Of a stretch of DNA of 64,000 bases, positions 57,950 through 64,000 are shown one piece after another. Every line of letters starts with the position of its first letter. Positions within the stretch are counted from its first letter, which is position 1. The stretch comes from Octopus vulgaris (Eukaryota). The translations under genes were made by a program, and so were the position numbers. Below the pieces are notes generated by a model. The model ran no database searches. It was not told where the DNA came from and saw only the letters and a program-made list of their open reading frames with translations. The stretch covers positions 61,814,001-61,878,000 of the forward strand of contig OX597827.1 of NCBI GenBank assembly GCA_951406725.2, given 5' to 3'.

Positions 57950-59585
57950 GTATATGTATGTATATGTATATGTATATGTATATATATATGTATATGTATA
58001 TGTATATGTATATATATATGTATATGTATATATATATGTATATATATACATACATATACGAGCGAGCAAAATGGCCAGTGCTGAGTTGTCAAGCATTTAA
58101 ACCAAATTTTCTCAAAACAACTTGTCCGACTGTCCCATAGGCAGAATCGTTAGCACGCTGCACGAAATGCTTAGCGGTATTTCGTCTGCTGTCACGTTCT
58201 GAGTTCAAATTCCGCCGAGGTCAACTTTGCCTTTTATCCTTTCGGGATCGATAAATTAAGTACCAGTTACGCACTGGGGTCGATGTAATCGACTTAATAC
58301 CTATGTCTGTCCTTGTTTGTCCCCTCTATGTTTAGCCCCTTGTGGGCAATAAAGAAATTATTATTATTATTATTTTATTTTTCAGTTGAAACCAATGTAG
58401 ATGAGTGCCACAACAACAATGGCAGTATGAATAGTCAGCTTCACCACGGGGTGCACCGGTCGGTATTCATGTCTGCCCTTGCGCCAAACCCTTCCAAAGA
58501 TCTTCCATTGTGTTGGGAGCAGCACTCCAAGCTGTTGCCTGGCGTCGACAAAATCCGAGGTGACCATGTGGCTGAGTGGAAGGTCGATGACGTTGCCAAT
58601 TTTATCAAAACTCTTCCTGGCTGTATTGACCTGTCCAAAATATTCAGGGATGAAGTGAGTTCCTCATCTTGAATCCTTTTTTTCTTCATCTGACAGCCTT
58701 CTTCTACTTTTATCTCTCAACCCCCCTCTCTCTGTTTCTCTTTCTTTCACTTTCAACTTTGACTTTATTCTTTCTACTTTATTTTCTTTCTTTCTTTTTC
58801 CATGACTTTAAAATGTTCTTTGTTTTTTTGTTTCTCCCTTTTTGTCTCTCTCTCTCTCTCCTTTTTGTCTGTCTTTTTCTCTCTTTCTGTCTAATTCTCT
58901 TTGTCTCTCTCTCTCTTCCTTTGTCTGTGTGTCTTTTTCTCTCTTTCTGTCTAATTCTCTTTGTCTCTCTCTCTCTTCCTTTGTCTGTGTGTCTTTTTCT
59001 CTCTTTCTGTCTAATTCTCTTTGTCTCTCTGTCTCTTCCTTTGTCTCTGTCTCTTTTTTTCTCTTTCTGTCTAATTCTCTTTGTCTCTCTGTCTGTCCCT
59101 CTCTCTCCCACTTCTGTGTTATGTGTCTCTCACTCCCTTTCATTCCATGTCTGTCTCTTGTTTTTCTCATCCCTCATCTCTGTTTATATGTATCACCCTT
59201 TTTCTCTTATATACTTTCTCTCTCTTCCTCTTTGTTGCTGTCTTCATCTCTTTTTTAATCCTCCTTTTGCATGTTCTCTCTCTCTCTCTCTTTTTCTCTC
59301 GCACTCTCCCCCTTTGCTTATTCTGTCCATCTTTATTTCACTCCTTTTCTCATTTCCCCATCCCTCTATATCTCTTTCCATTTCATTTCCCTCACTTCCC
59401 CACATACTTCCACTCACTCACCGAACCTCTCATTCTTTTTTCTATCCTTGCAGCACATTGATGGTGAAGCTTTTCTCATGCTTAACCAGACTGACATTGT
59501 GAAGATCTTAAACTGCAAATTGGGACCGGCACTGAAGATCTTCAACAGTATCCTGATGTTTAAAAGTACTGCTGATGTTGATTGA
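7637..59585 (+). CDS. l(3)mbt: lethal(3)malignant brain tumor-like protein (L3MBTL1/3/4 family), whole multi-exon CDS: 19 coding exons, about 1418 aa, 3xMBT + 2xC2HC zinc finger + SAM
   Basis: All exons listed below join in frame with GT-AG boundaries (summed length 4257 nt = 1419 codons including TGA). The translation shows three MBT repeats (GMKLE..D...HFDG.....DYW), CPTPGC C2HC fingers and a SAM domain ([28 protein letters not shown]). Confidence 0.93.
7966..8413 (-). mobile_element. SINE family B tandem dimer with about 17-bp TSD
   Basis: ATA(A/G)ATGGAGGATTCTT on both sides; two head-to-tail units. Confidence 0.8.
9591..9670 (-). ncRNA. Minimal type-I hammerhead ribozyme (Penelope-like type)
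   Basis: Minus strand: uuc-CUGAAGA-GAAAGaCACAAU...AUUGUGgCUUUC-GAAAC-ACGU-GUA-gaa. Core, stem II, palindromic loop 3 and stem I are all present. Confidence 0.75.
10066..10402 (+). mobile_element. SINE family A, near full-length tRNA-derived copy
   Basis: A-box TGGCTGTGTGG, B-box GGTTCAGTCCC, then ccttgggcaagtgtcttc; more than 20 partial copies in the window. Confidence 0.85.
10760..11102 (+). mobile_element. SINE family C copy with about 60-bp internal tandem units and (GAT)n tail
   Basis: Three gtgccggtggcacgtaaaaagcacc units, then ggttggcgttaggaagggcatccagc. Confidence 0.8.
11555..11756 (+). mobile_element. Penelope-like terminal-repeat fragment with decayed hammerhead, abutting (TA)n
   Basis: tcGACGA-a-GAGCtccGCTC-GAAA at 11631-11653; the element runs directly into (TA)n at 11756. 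Confidence 0.5.
12385..12780 (-). mobile_element. SINE family A full-length copy
   Basis: Reverse complement of the 10066-10402 family, with high similarity. Confidence 0.85.
12940..13071 (+). CDS. l(3)mbt: l(3)mbt coding exon 2 (GVINVKTAG...Ala10...TMVK)
   Basis: ttttttcAG acceptor; G|gtaatt donor; phase 1-1. Confidence 0.8.
13212..13581. repeat. 19-bp pyrimidine-rich minisatellite (CGCCTCGCTTTCCTTCTTT, about 15 units) followed by (CT)n(AT)n
   Basis: Direct reading of the tandem units. Confidence 0.9.
14388..14619 (+). mobile_element. SINE family B inserted into a family A copy (TSD AGAAACTGAAAG)
   Basis: The family A sequence is interrupted at gaaactgaaagaag and resumes after the same motif. 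Confidence 0.8.
15161..15380. mobile_element. piggyBac-type MITE family D (220 bp, TIR CCCTTTCGTTAC, TTAA TSD)
   Basis: TTAA|CCCTTTCGTTAC ... GTAACGAAAGGG|TTAA; further copies at about 23250, 25230, 31937, 37545 and 38885-39297. Confidence 0.85.
15626..17073 (+). CDS. l(3)mbt: l(3)mbt coding exon 3, large low-complexity exon (Thr/Ala/Pro/Gln-rich, Q16, P11) ending in [16 protein letters not shown]
   Basis: 1448-nt open frame (track ORF 15685..17097); ggcAG acceptor; AAG|gtgagg donor; the end matches the conserved L3MBTL N-terminal motif. Confidence 0.9.
17407..18302 (-). pseudogene. Decayed mariner (DD34D) transposase with 3' TIR
   Basis: [22 protein letters not shown] and [13 protein letters not shown] motifs with 34 residues between the last two Asp; frameshifted and 5'-truncated. 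Confidence 0.9.
18705..18864 (+). CDS. l(3)mbt: l(3)mbt coding exon 4 ([12 protein letters not shown]...NPECN)
   Basis: Continues the motif (cf. L3MBTL3 GSDLKFRVNEFGALEVI); atAG acceptor; G|gtatgt donor; not in the ORF track. Confidence 0.88.
19065..19525. repeat. Degenerate (CA)n/CACATG low-complexity tract inside a family A SINE
   Basis: Direct reading. Confidence 0.85.
20102..20162 (+). CDS. l(3)mbt: l(3)mbt coding exon 5, Cys-rich small exon ([20 protein letters not shown])
   Basis: ctctccAG acceptor; TA|gtaagt donor; phase 1-2 is exactly what is needed to link exons 4 and 6. Confidence 0.8.
21027..21229 (+). CDS. l(3)mbt: l(3)mbt coding exon 6 (basic RKKKRK NLS-like stretch; VKQE)
   Basis: Poly-T tract then aacAG; open frame [24 protein letters not shown]...AIA; G|gtatgt donor. 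Confidence 0.82.
21471..21888 (-). mobile_element. SINE family B tandem dimer nested in an opposite-strand family B copy
   Basis: TSD TAAAATAAGTAC on both sides; the host copy spans about 21350-21975 on +. Confidence 0.8.
23063..23148 (+). CDS. l(3)mbt: l(3)mbt exon 7, MBT repeat 1 arm ([22 protein letters not shown])
   Basis: F.W..YL.....AP..LF MBT arm motif; AG acceptor and gtaagc donor. Confidence 0.92.
23713..23947 (+). CDS. l(3)mbt: l(3)mbt exon 8, MBT repeat 1 core
   Basis: [65 protein letters not shown]. Confidence 0.96.
25057..25151 (+). CDS. l(3)mbt: l(3)mbt exon 9, MBT repeat 2 arm ([20 protein letters not shown])
   Basis: MBT arm motif; tttcAG acceptor; CAG|gtaagt donor. Confidence 0.92.
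26807..27035 (+). CDS. l(3)mbt: l(3)mbt exon 10, MBT repeat 2 core (methyl-lysine pocket D/F/W/Y intact)
   Basis: [59 protein letters not shown]. Confidence 0.96.
28388..28473 (+). CDS. l(3)mbt: l(3)mbt exon 11, MBT repeat 3 arm ([23 protein letters not shown])
   Basis: MBT arm motif; ttccAG acceptor; gtaagt donor. Confidence 0.93.
29313..30311. mobile_element. Old TA-flanked Tc/pogo-like MITE containing a nested MITE E (29397-29619) and SINE A (29846-30230)
   Basis: The left end ttgtatttgatggcataaaagatgca matches the reverse complement of the right end tgcatcttacatgtcatcaaatatgg. Confidence 0.55.
30391..30616 (+). CDS. l(3)mbt: l(3)mbt exon 12, MBT repeat 3 core
   Basis: [23 protein letters not shown]...[26 protein letters not shown]. 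Confidence 0.96.
30955..31227. mobile_element. hAT-type MITE with 8-bp TSD CCCTAACC
   Basis: TIR (c)AGCGTTTCTCAAC / GTTGAGAAACACTG; CCCTAACC at 30947-54 and 31228-35. Confidence 0.8.
31701..31803 (+). CDS. l(3)mbt: l(3)mbt exon 13, first C2HC zinc finger, N-terminal part ([21 protein letters not shown])
   Basis: CPTPGC motif; tttAG acceptor; AG|gtaagt donor; not in the ORF track. Confidence 0.93.
32388..33180. mobile_element. Two SINE family A copies tail-to-tail (32388-32770 on +, 32783-33180 on -)
   Basis: gactgaaacaag is followed within about 30 nt by cttgtttcagtc. Confidence 0.8.
33446..33601 (+). CDS. l(3)mbt: l(3)mbt exon 14, end of C2HC finger 1 ([16 protein letters not shown])
   Basis: Phase 2-2; completes the finger; ttcAG acceptor; TC|gtgagt donor. 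Confidence 0.9.
33897..34290 (-). mobile_element. SINE family F, full-length young tRNA-derived copy with polyA tail and 12-bp TSD
   Basis: Head ggaggtgcaatggcccagtggttagggcagcggactcgcgg...ggtttcgattccc; TSD GGTTTATGAAAT at 33876 and 34292; relatives at about 5940, 10430 and 22465. Confidence 0.85.
35370..35996 (-). mobile_element. Internally deleted mariner element (HTH region plus a piece of the catalytic domain, 5' TIR)
   Basis: [41 protein letters not shown] and [18 protein letters not shown]; TIR-like tacaaggtgatatcaaatagttcctgaactag. Confidence 0.8.
36202..36369. mobile_element. Degenerate hAT-like MITE
   Basis: Imperfect TIRs cagtttgctcccaac / ggttgcgaaccagtg. Confidence 0.5.
36548..36960 (-). 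mobile_element. GC-richer retroelement with RTE-5'UTR / Ceph-domain-like sequence and CAACAAC tail
   Basis: aaatccggagtggagcccc...ctcctgcaaccaagctggtgccaaacgta...cctttggac; the family assignment comes from my memory of RTE-derived elements. Confidence 0.45.
40320..40670 (+). repeat. About 23-bp degenerate tandem array (CATGTAAAAGCACCTGTGTGGCGC-like) expanded from the family C SINE head
   Basis: Repeated gtaaaagcacc units leading into the family C core at 40690. Confidence 0.75.
41788..42262. repeat. (TG)n/TGCA/ATGCCTGTT low-complexity array
   Basis: Direct reading. Confidence 0.9.
42442..42648 (+). CDS. l(3)mbt: l(3)mbt exon 15, second C2HC zinc finger ([28 protein letters not shown])
   Basis: Canonical MYT1-type C2HC finger; tttcAG acceptor; AA|gtatgc donor. 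Confidence 0.94.
43830..44200 (-). mobile_element. Decayed LINE ORF2 C-terminal fragment
   Basis: Frameshifted FY...YNG...[23 protein letters not shown] resembles the LINE terminal 'SFFPRTSALWNSLP' motif. Confidence 0.5.
46298..46490. repeat. Foldback palindrome, about 90-bp arms, 7-nt loop
   Basis: ...ctatctcatgtctctcctc-ttgttct-gaggagacacatgggatag...; the arms extend to (TTA)n and (TAA)n. Confidence 0.9.
46503..46985 (+). mobile_element. Probable LINE 3'UTR fragment with (AAT)n tail, inserted in an (AAT)n tract
   Basis: Complex sequence bounded by (AAT)n on both sides; it begins with an ATANILL-like ORF end. Confidence 0.5.
48471..48564. repeat. Perfect 47-bp tandem duplication
   Basis: aaactatgtaaaacatttgaaaaagaacctgagctgtttcttgcaat, twice. 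Confidence 0.95.
50462..51125. mobile_element. Tandem pair of MITE family E plus a family D-related TTAA MITE
   Basis: Two gttcaaactgaccagatc..ctctcacac..aatgctaaa units, then a ctttttgttacc...aaaagggttaa element. Confidence 0.7.
51457..51979. mobile_element. Tc/pogo-like MITE, TA-flanked, TIR CCGTAAATCCT
   Basis: TA|CCGTAAATCCTTG ... AAGGATTTATGG|TA. Confidence 0.75.
54923..55099 (+). CDS. l(3)mbt: l(3)mbt exon 16, charged linker ([12 protein letters not shown]...SSDDR), possibly a cassette exon
   Basis: 177-nt open frame with AG/gtgagg boundaries, phase 2-2; no homology motif, so less certain. Confidence 0.65.
56742..56871 (-). ncRNA. Minimal type-I hammerhead ribozyme with a greatly extended stem II
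   Basis: Minus strand: auaaucu-CUGAUGA-AGCC[long hairpin]GGCU-GAAAC-AGCU-GUA-aguuau. Confidence 0.75.
57358..57410 (+). CDS. l(3)mbt: l(3)mbt exon 17 ([18 protein letters not shown])
   Basis: Phase 2-1 is required to reach the next exon; ctcttcAG acceptor; T|gtgagt donor. Confidence 0.82.
57643..58058. repeat. About 415-bp (TA)n/TATG compound microsatellite
   Basis: Direct reading. Confidence 0.95.
58141..58375 (+). mobile_element. SINE family B copy ending about 10 nt before the exon-18 acceptor
   Basis: Family B body and tail ccccttgtgggcaataaagaaa(tta)n. Confidence 0.85.
58386..58654 (+). CDS. l(3)mbt: l(3)mbt exon 18, pre-SAM motif and SAM N-terminal part ([32 protein letters not shown])
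   Basis: Matches the L3MBTL '[13 protein letters not shown]' motif; GAA|gtgagt donor. Confidence 0.94.
58861..59100. repeat. 60-bp CT-rich tandem repeat, about 4 units
   Basis: Four consecutive 60-nt lines are nearly identical. Confidence 0.9.
59454..59585 (+). CDS. l(3)mbt: l(3)mbt exon 19, SAM C-terminal part and TGA stop
   Basis: [43 protein letters not shown]. Confidence 0.95.
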   Translation, partial: HIDGEAFLMLNQTDIVKILNCKLGPALKIFNSILMFKSTADVD

Positions 59586-60457
59586 ACTTTCACACCACAT
59601 AACATCACACTACACCTTTCAGGCACCACCTGACTTCTTCATAAGCATTCCGTTACCTCATCCCACGCAATCGTTACCCTCTCTTGCCCATTACATACTC
59701 AGCCACACTCATTACAACACACACACAGAGAAGCATACATGGTCATGCTTTCTCACACACAGGTACACATGTACACACTTTCTCTCTCTCACATGTACAC
59801 ACTCTCCCTGGCTTGTTACTATCATAACCTATTGCCCTGCCCATGTTTACATATCTCCTGTAAACTGCAATAATGATGCAATAATACTGACTGTAAGATC
59901 ATCCACAATAACAATCCAATTGATAGTAAAATCCTTACAGCAGCCACACTACCGCCAGAGCCACAATAGTAACATCGTTAATGCCCAAACTCTATAAAAC
60001 ATCCCGACCCCCCAGCCAGATTTCTCCACAACAGACTGCAAAGAATTCAAAACAAATCCCTTCATAGCGTATCACAGACGGTATGCAGACCACACACTGT
60101 ATCTACTGAACCAAATGCTGAAAAATGCAAAACTTACCTGGACATGTGAGGGACGCGGCTTGTTTGTTTGTTTTGCTACTGCAGTAAGCTCCAATCTTGC
60201 ATCGATCATCACTGCCTCTACATGTTCAAACATCAAGACAGTCATCATTTAATCTCTCTCCCTCCCTCTCTCTTTCTTTTTTTTTTTTCTTTTCTTCTGA
60301 ATTCTGTTACGACACCATCCTGTGAACGTCATTCCCTCCTTAGCACTCAATCAAGACAAAGCCCCAACATTTACAGAACAGACAAAACAGCAGCACGGCA
60401 TTGATACCCTCATTAGCTACACCCGCTAAACACTATGGTGGGATGCATACCACCTGT

Positions 60458-60463
60458 AATAAA
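60458..60463 (+). promoter_or_regulatory. Candidate polyadenylation signal (first AATAAA after the stop)
   Basis: AATAAA about 870 nt after TGA; alternatives at 61038 and 61706; usage unknown. Confidence 0.35.
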
Positions 60464-62002
60464 GTGTAAAAGTAGCAGCCGGTCGCCGGTCGTTAAATTT
60501 TAAATGAGTTCAGTTGAATTTGCCTGCTTTTGCTGTGGCTAACCTCAAAGACATATGGGCACAGACTGGACAATGGAGAAGAATGCAGAATGCACTTTGT
60601 GCTGCATACGACGGAACTTTTGTGTGCTAAAGTGCGCAGTGTGGGTCCTCAGGCAGGCATTATCACATGGTGTATCAACAGCACTGGAACAGTGAGTTGT
60701 ACCTAGTCAGTTTATCTATTATTACCCAGGTGTCAAGGTCAGTTTCGTCACAGCTACACACAACAACAACAACAACAACAGCGACAGAGCTAATTAAGGA
60801 GTCTGTATGTGGTTGTATGACCTGCTATATAAACAGTAGCCGAACCCCCCCCCTCATTTCACAGCTTGTCATCTTTGAAAAATGGCAGGATACATTGGAT
60901 AATGTTCTTTTGGATTACATTGTGTTTGAAGGTGGGGAACCAAAAAAAAAAAAAAAAAAAAACGGAACGAGAGGATCACAGCTGGATTACTTTTGATCTA
61001 GGGTCTGCTGGATTAAAGGCTGACCTGGCTGACCAACAATAAAGGCTGACCAACAATAATACAAGATCATCACTAACAACAATAGCAAGATTATTAGCAA
61101 CTGCAGCTTTGAGAAGACCATTGTTCATTGTTTTTCTTAGAATCTACTTTTCCTTGCTGACATGGGTAGGATGGAAATTTGCTTTGATGACTTTTCTATG
61201 ACTGAACACCCTTTTCTCTCATCAGTCCTCACGTGTTTCCAAGTAAGGTAATATGTCCCAATGACGAGATATCTCGGAAGATTGGAAACAAAGGACATGC
61301 TTGTGTAATGGTAAACACATGCTAACAGTTATCACACACTGACATGGCAAGGAAACAGTAATACACACAGAAAACTACACATATACACACACAAAACTAC
61401 ACATGCACACACACAAAACTACACATGCACACACAAAATTACACATGCAGACATACACAAAACTACACACACACAACTACACAAGTATACATACATATAT
61501 TTATATGCATATATATGACAGGCTTCTTTCAGTTTCTCTCTACCAAATCCATTCGCAAGGCTTTGGTTAGCCTGGAGCTATAATAGAAGAAACTTGTCCA
61601 AGGTGCCGTGCAGTAGGACTGAACCCAAAACTATGTGGTTGGGGAGCAAACTTCCTACCACATGGCCACCCAATGTTACATCACAGTATTACAATAATTT
61701 AATATAATAAAAGCAATCCAGGACAGTATTGCATCATGAGGAGTGCAGCAATGCAACGTCAAGAGTACTGAAATGCAACACTAGGAGCACTGCATTGTAG
61801 CACCAGGAGTGCAGCAATGCAGTAACGATAGTGCATAATTGTAATATCAGTAACACTGCAATGCTGGGAGTGCCTCCCATAACAGGGTGTACGATACTAT
61901 GACTACAATGTCTGTAATAATATTGCACCATCACAATTATAGCCACAACAGTAGCTGCAACACTATGCCATTCCTACAACAACCACTACCCCAGTAACAA
62001 TG

Positions 62003-62685
62003 CTTTACTGCTGCCATAGCAATGATGCTCTGCTGCTGCCATAGCAACAGTGCTCTGCCGCTGCTATAGCAACAATGCTCTGCTGCTGCCATAGCAACAA
62101 AGATATGTTGCTGCCATAGCAACAGTACTCTGCGCTCTGCTGCTGCCATAGCAACAATGCTCTGCTGCTGCCATAGGAACAGTGCTCTGTTGCTGCCATA
62201 GCAACAGTGCTCTGCTGCTGCCATAGCAACAATGACCTACTGCTGCCATAGCAACAATGCTCTGTTGCTGCCATAGCAACAGTGCTCTGCTGCTGCCATA
62301 GCAACAATGCTCTGCAGCTGCCATAGCAACAATGCTCTGCTGGTGCCATAGCAACAATGCTCTGCTGGTGCCATAGCAACAATGCTCTGCAGCTGCCATA
62401 GCAACAAAGCTCTACAGCTGCCATAGCAACAATACTCTGTTGCTGCCATAGCAACAATACTCTGTTGCTGCCATAGCAACAAAGCTCTGTTGCTGCCATA
62501 GCAACAATGCTCTGTTGCTGCCATAGCAACAATACTCTTGCTGCCATAGCAACAAAGCTCTGCTGCTGCCATAGCAACAATGCTCTGCTGCTGCCATAGC
62601 AACAATGCTCTGCTGCTGCCATAGCAACAATGCTCTGCAGTTGCCATAGCAACAATGCTCTACTGCTGCCATAGCAACAATGCTA
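62003..62685. repeat. 25-bp minisatellite, 27 units (TCTGCTGCTGCCATAGCAACAATGC)
   Basis: Units counted by hand. Confidence 0.95.
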
Positions 62686-63013
62686 CATTACAACACAGAT
62701 GTGAAGCAAACAAATCAGTGATCAGATTTTGGAATTTTGCCATTCCAGTTATTACAATCAAAAATGATTTTAATTATTAAAAAAAAAAAAACATTATCTT
62801 CATCATCACCATCATTGCCATCATCATTATCATCATCATCATCACCACCATCATCATCGTCATCATCATCATCATCACAGTGCTTCACTTAACAATAGCA
62901 AAAACAACACCAGCATAATTTTTAACTGTCTGAAAGGAGACAAAATTAGAGTTAAAAGCATTTGGTGTTTTTTTTTTTTTGTGTGTGAAAATTGAATTTT
63001 GTATATTTGTGTA

Positions 63014-63047
<34 letters not shown>

Positions 63048-63854
63048 ATGTGTATGTATGTTTTAGTAAATCTATATAAATAATCTATATTTGAAAGTTT
63101 TGTATGTATTGTCTACACATAATTGCATATAAGTGTTAAAAGCAGCAAAAAAAATCCCCAAAAATTCTAAGCTAAAATCTCTGTAAGTGTTTTATATGTG
63201 GCAGCAGTATTTTAAGTGTGTGTGTGTGTGTATGTGTGTGTTGCAAAATTCATCAGTGAGTAGTTTGTATTAACGAAGTTTCAGTTTCATTTTTAAATAC
63301 ATACATACACATTCATACTTGTATGTGTGAGTATGTATCTGGTTGTGTGAGTAGGCCATAATCAATTTAGAAGCTGGAGATGGTAAAGAAGATGGCTTAG
63401 TAGTCTTAGTTGGGAGGGAGGTAATATGTGTGTGTTATGTGAGACAAACTCATAATTGCTCATATTCTTTCTATTACAAACAAAATACAGCAAAACCAAT
63501 AAGTAAGAGAAGCAATTCTTTTCTTTTTTTTTTACCATTTATGAAATAAGCAAACCTCAAAGAAATCTGAACAGAAAAGAAATTTTAAAGATGAAGATAC
63601 AAGCAACACTAATAAGAGAGATACAAATGAAAGTCAGGCTGGATATGAATTTAATTAAGAGGGAGGGAAATATAGGCACAAGAAACCTAGATTTTGTCGG
63701 AAGGAAAAAAAAAACATTCTGAACTACTTATTTTTTAGCAGAGGTAGGAGAGATAAAAGATGAGTATAGGGATGAGGAAGGAAAAAAATCCAGTAAAAAT
63801 TTTAACTCCATATTTGTCTGTTGGAGTGACAAGGACCTGCTAGTCATCATTAAT

Positions 63855-64000
63855 GACTAAAGTTTAAAGTTTAAGGACTAAAGTTTGAAGTTTAAGGATT
63901 AAAGTTTGAGGTTTAAGGATTAAAGTTTGAGGTTTAAGGATTAAAGTTTGAAGTTTAATGACTAAAGTTTTAAGTTTAAGGACTAAAGTTTGAAGTTTAA
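63855..64000. repeat. 21-bp tandem repeat (TAAAGTTTGAGGTTTAAGGAT) running off the window
   Basis: About 7 units with a 7-nt sub-period. Confidence 0.9.

Noticed and set aside
58669-59502. 277-aa hydrophobic ORF
   Set aside because: It is a CT-rich intron with a 60-bp tandem repeat; only the overlap with exon 19, in another frame, is coding.
62003-62685. CRISPR-like array or Cys/Gln-rich ORFs (62005..62655 etc.)
   Set aside because: The units are contiguous 25-mers with no unique spacers, there are no cas genes and the context is eukaryotic. The ORFs are a by-product of a stop-free repeat.
63855-64000. Telomeric repeat
   Set aside because: It has no TTAGGG units; it is AT-rich with a 21-bp period.

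Overview
AT-rich, microsatellite- and SINE-dense animal genomic DNA. The repeat families strongly suggest an octopus or other coleoid cephalopod (inference). One protein-coding gene dominates the + strand: an l(3)mbt / L3MBTL1-3-4-like chromatin reader. I reconstructed 19 phase-compatible GT-AG coding exons by hand (7637..59585, 4257 nt, about 1418 aa). The protein has a long low-complexity N-terminus (polyA/polyQ/polyP), the conserved '[21 protein letters not shown]' motif, a Cys-rich segment, 3 MBT repeats, 2 C2HC zinc fingers and a C-terminal SAM domain. The introns hold at least four SINE families, TTAA (piggyBac-type), hAT and Tc/mariner MITEs, two dead mariner transposases, LINE fragments and many tandem repeats. 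The most notable non-obvious signals are: (i) two antisense intronic minimal type-I hammerhead ribozymes with intact cores (about 9591-9670 and 56742-56871), plus a decayed sense-strand copy, all beside (TA)n tracts; (ii) a 27-unit 25-bp minisatellite downstream of the stop codon in which most units carry an RFX X-box-like motif; (iii) several foldback/dsRNA structures; (iv) a templated copy of intron DNA inside a MITE. Most other ORFs in the track are artefacts of simple repeats.
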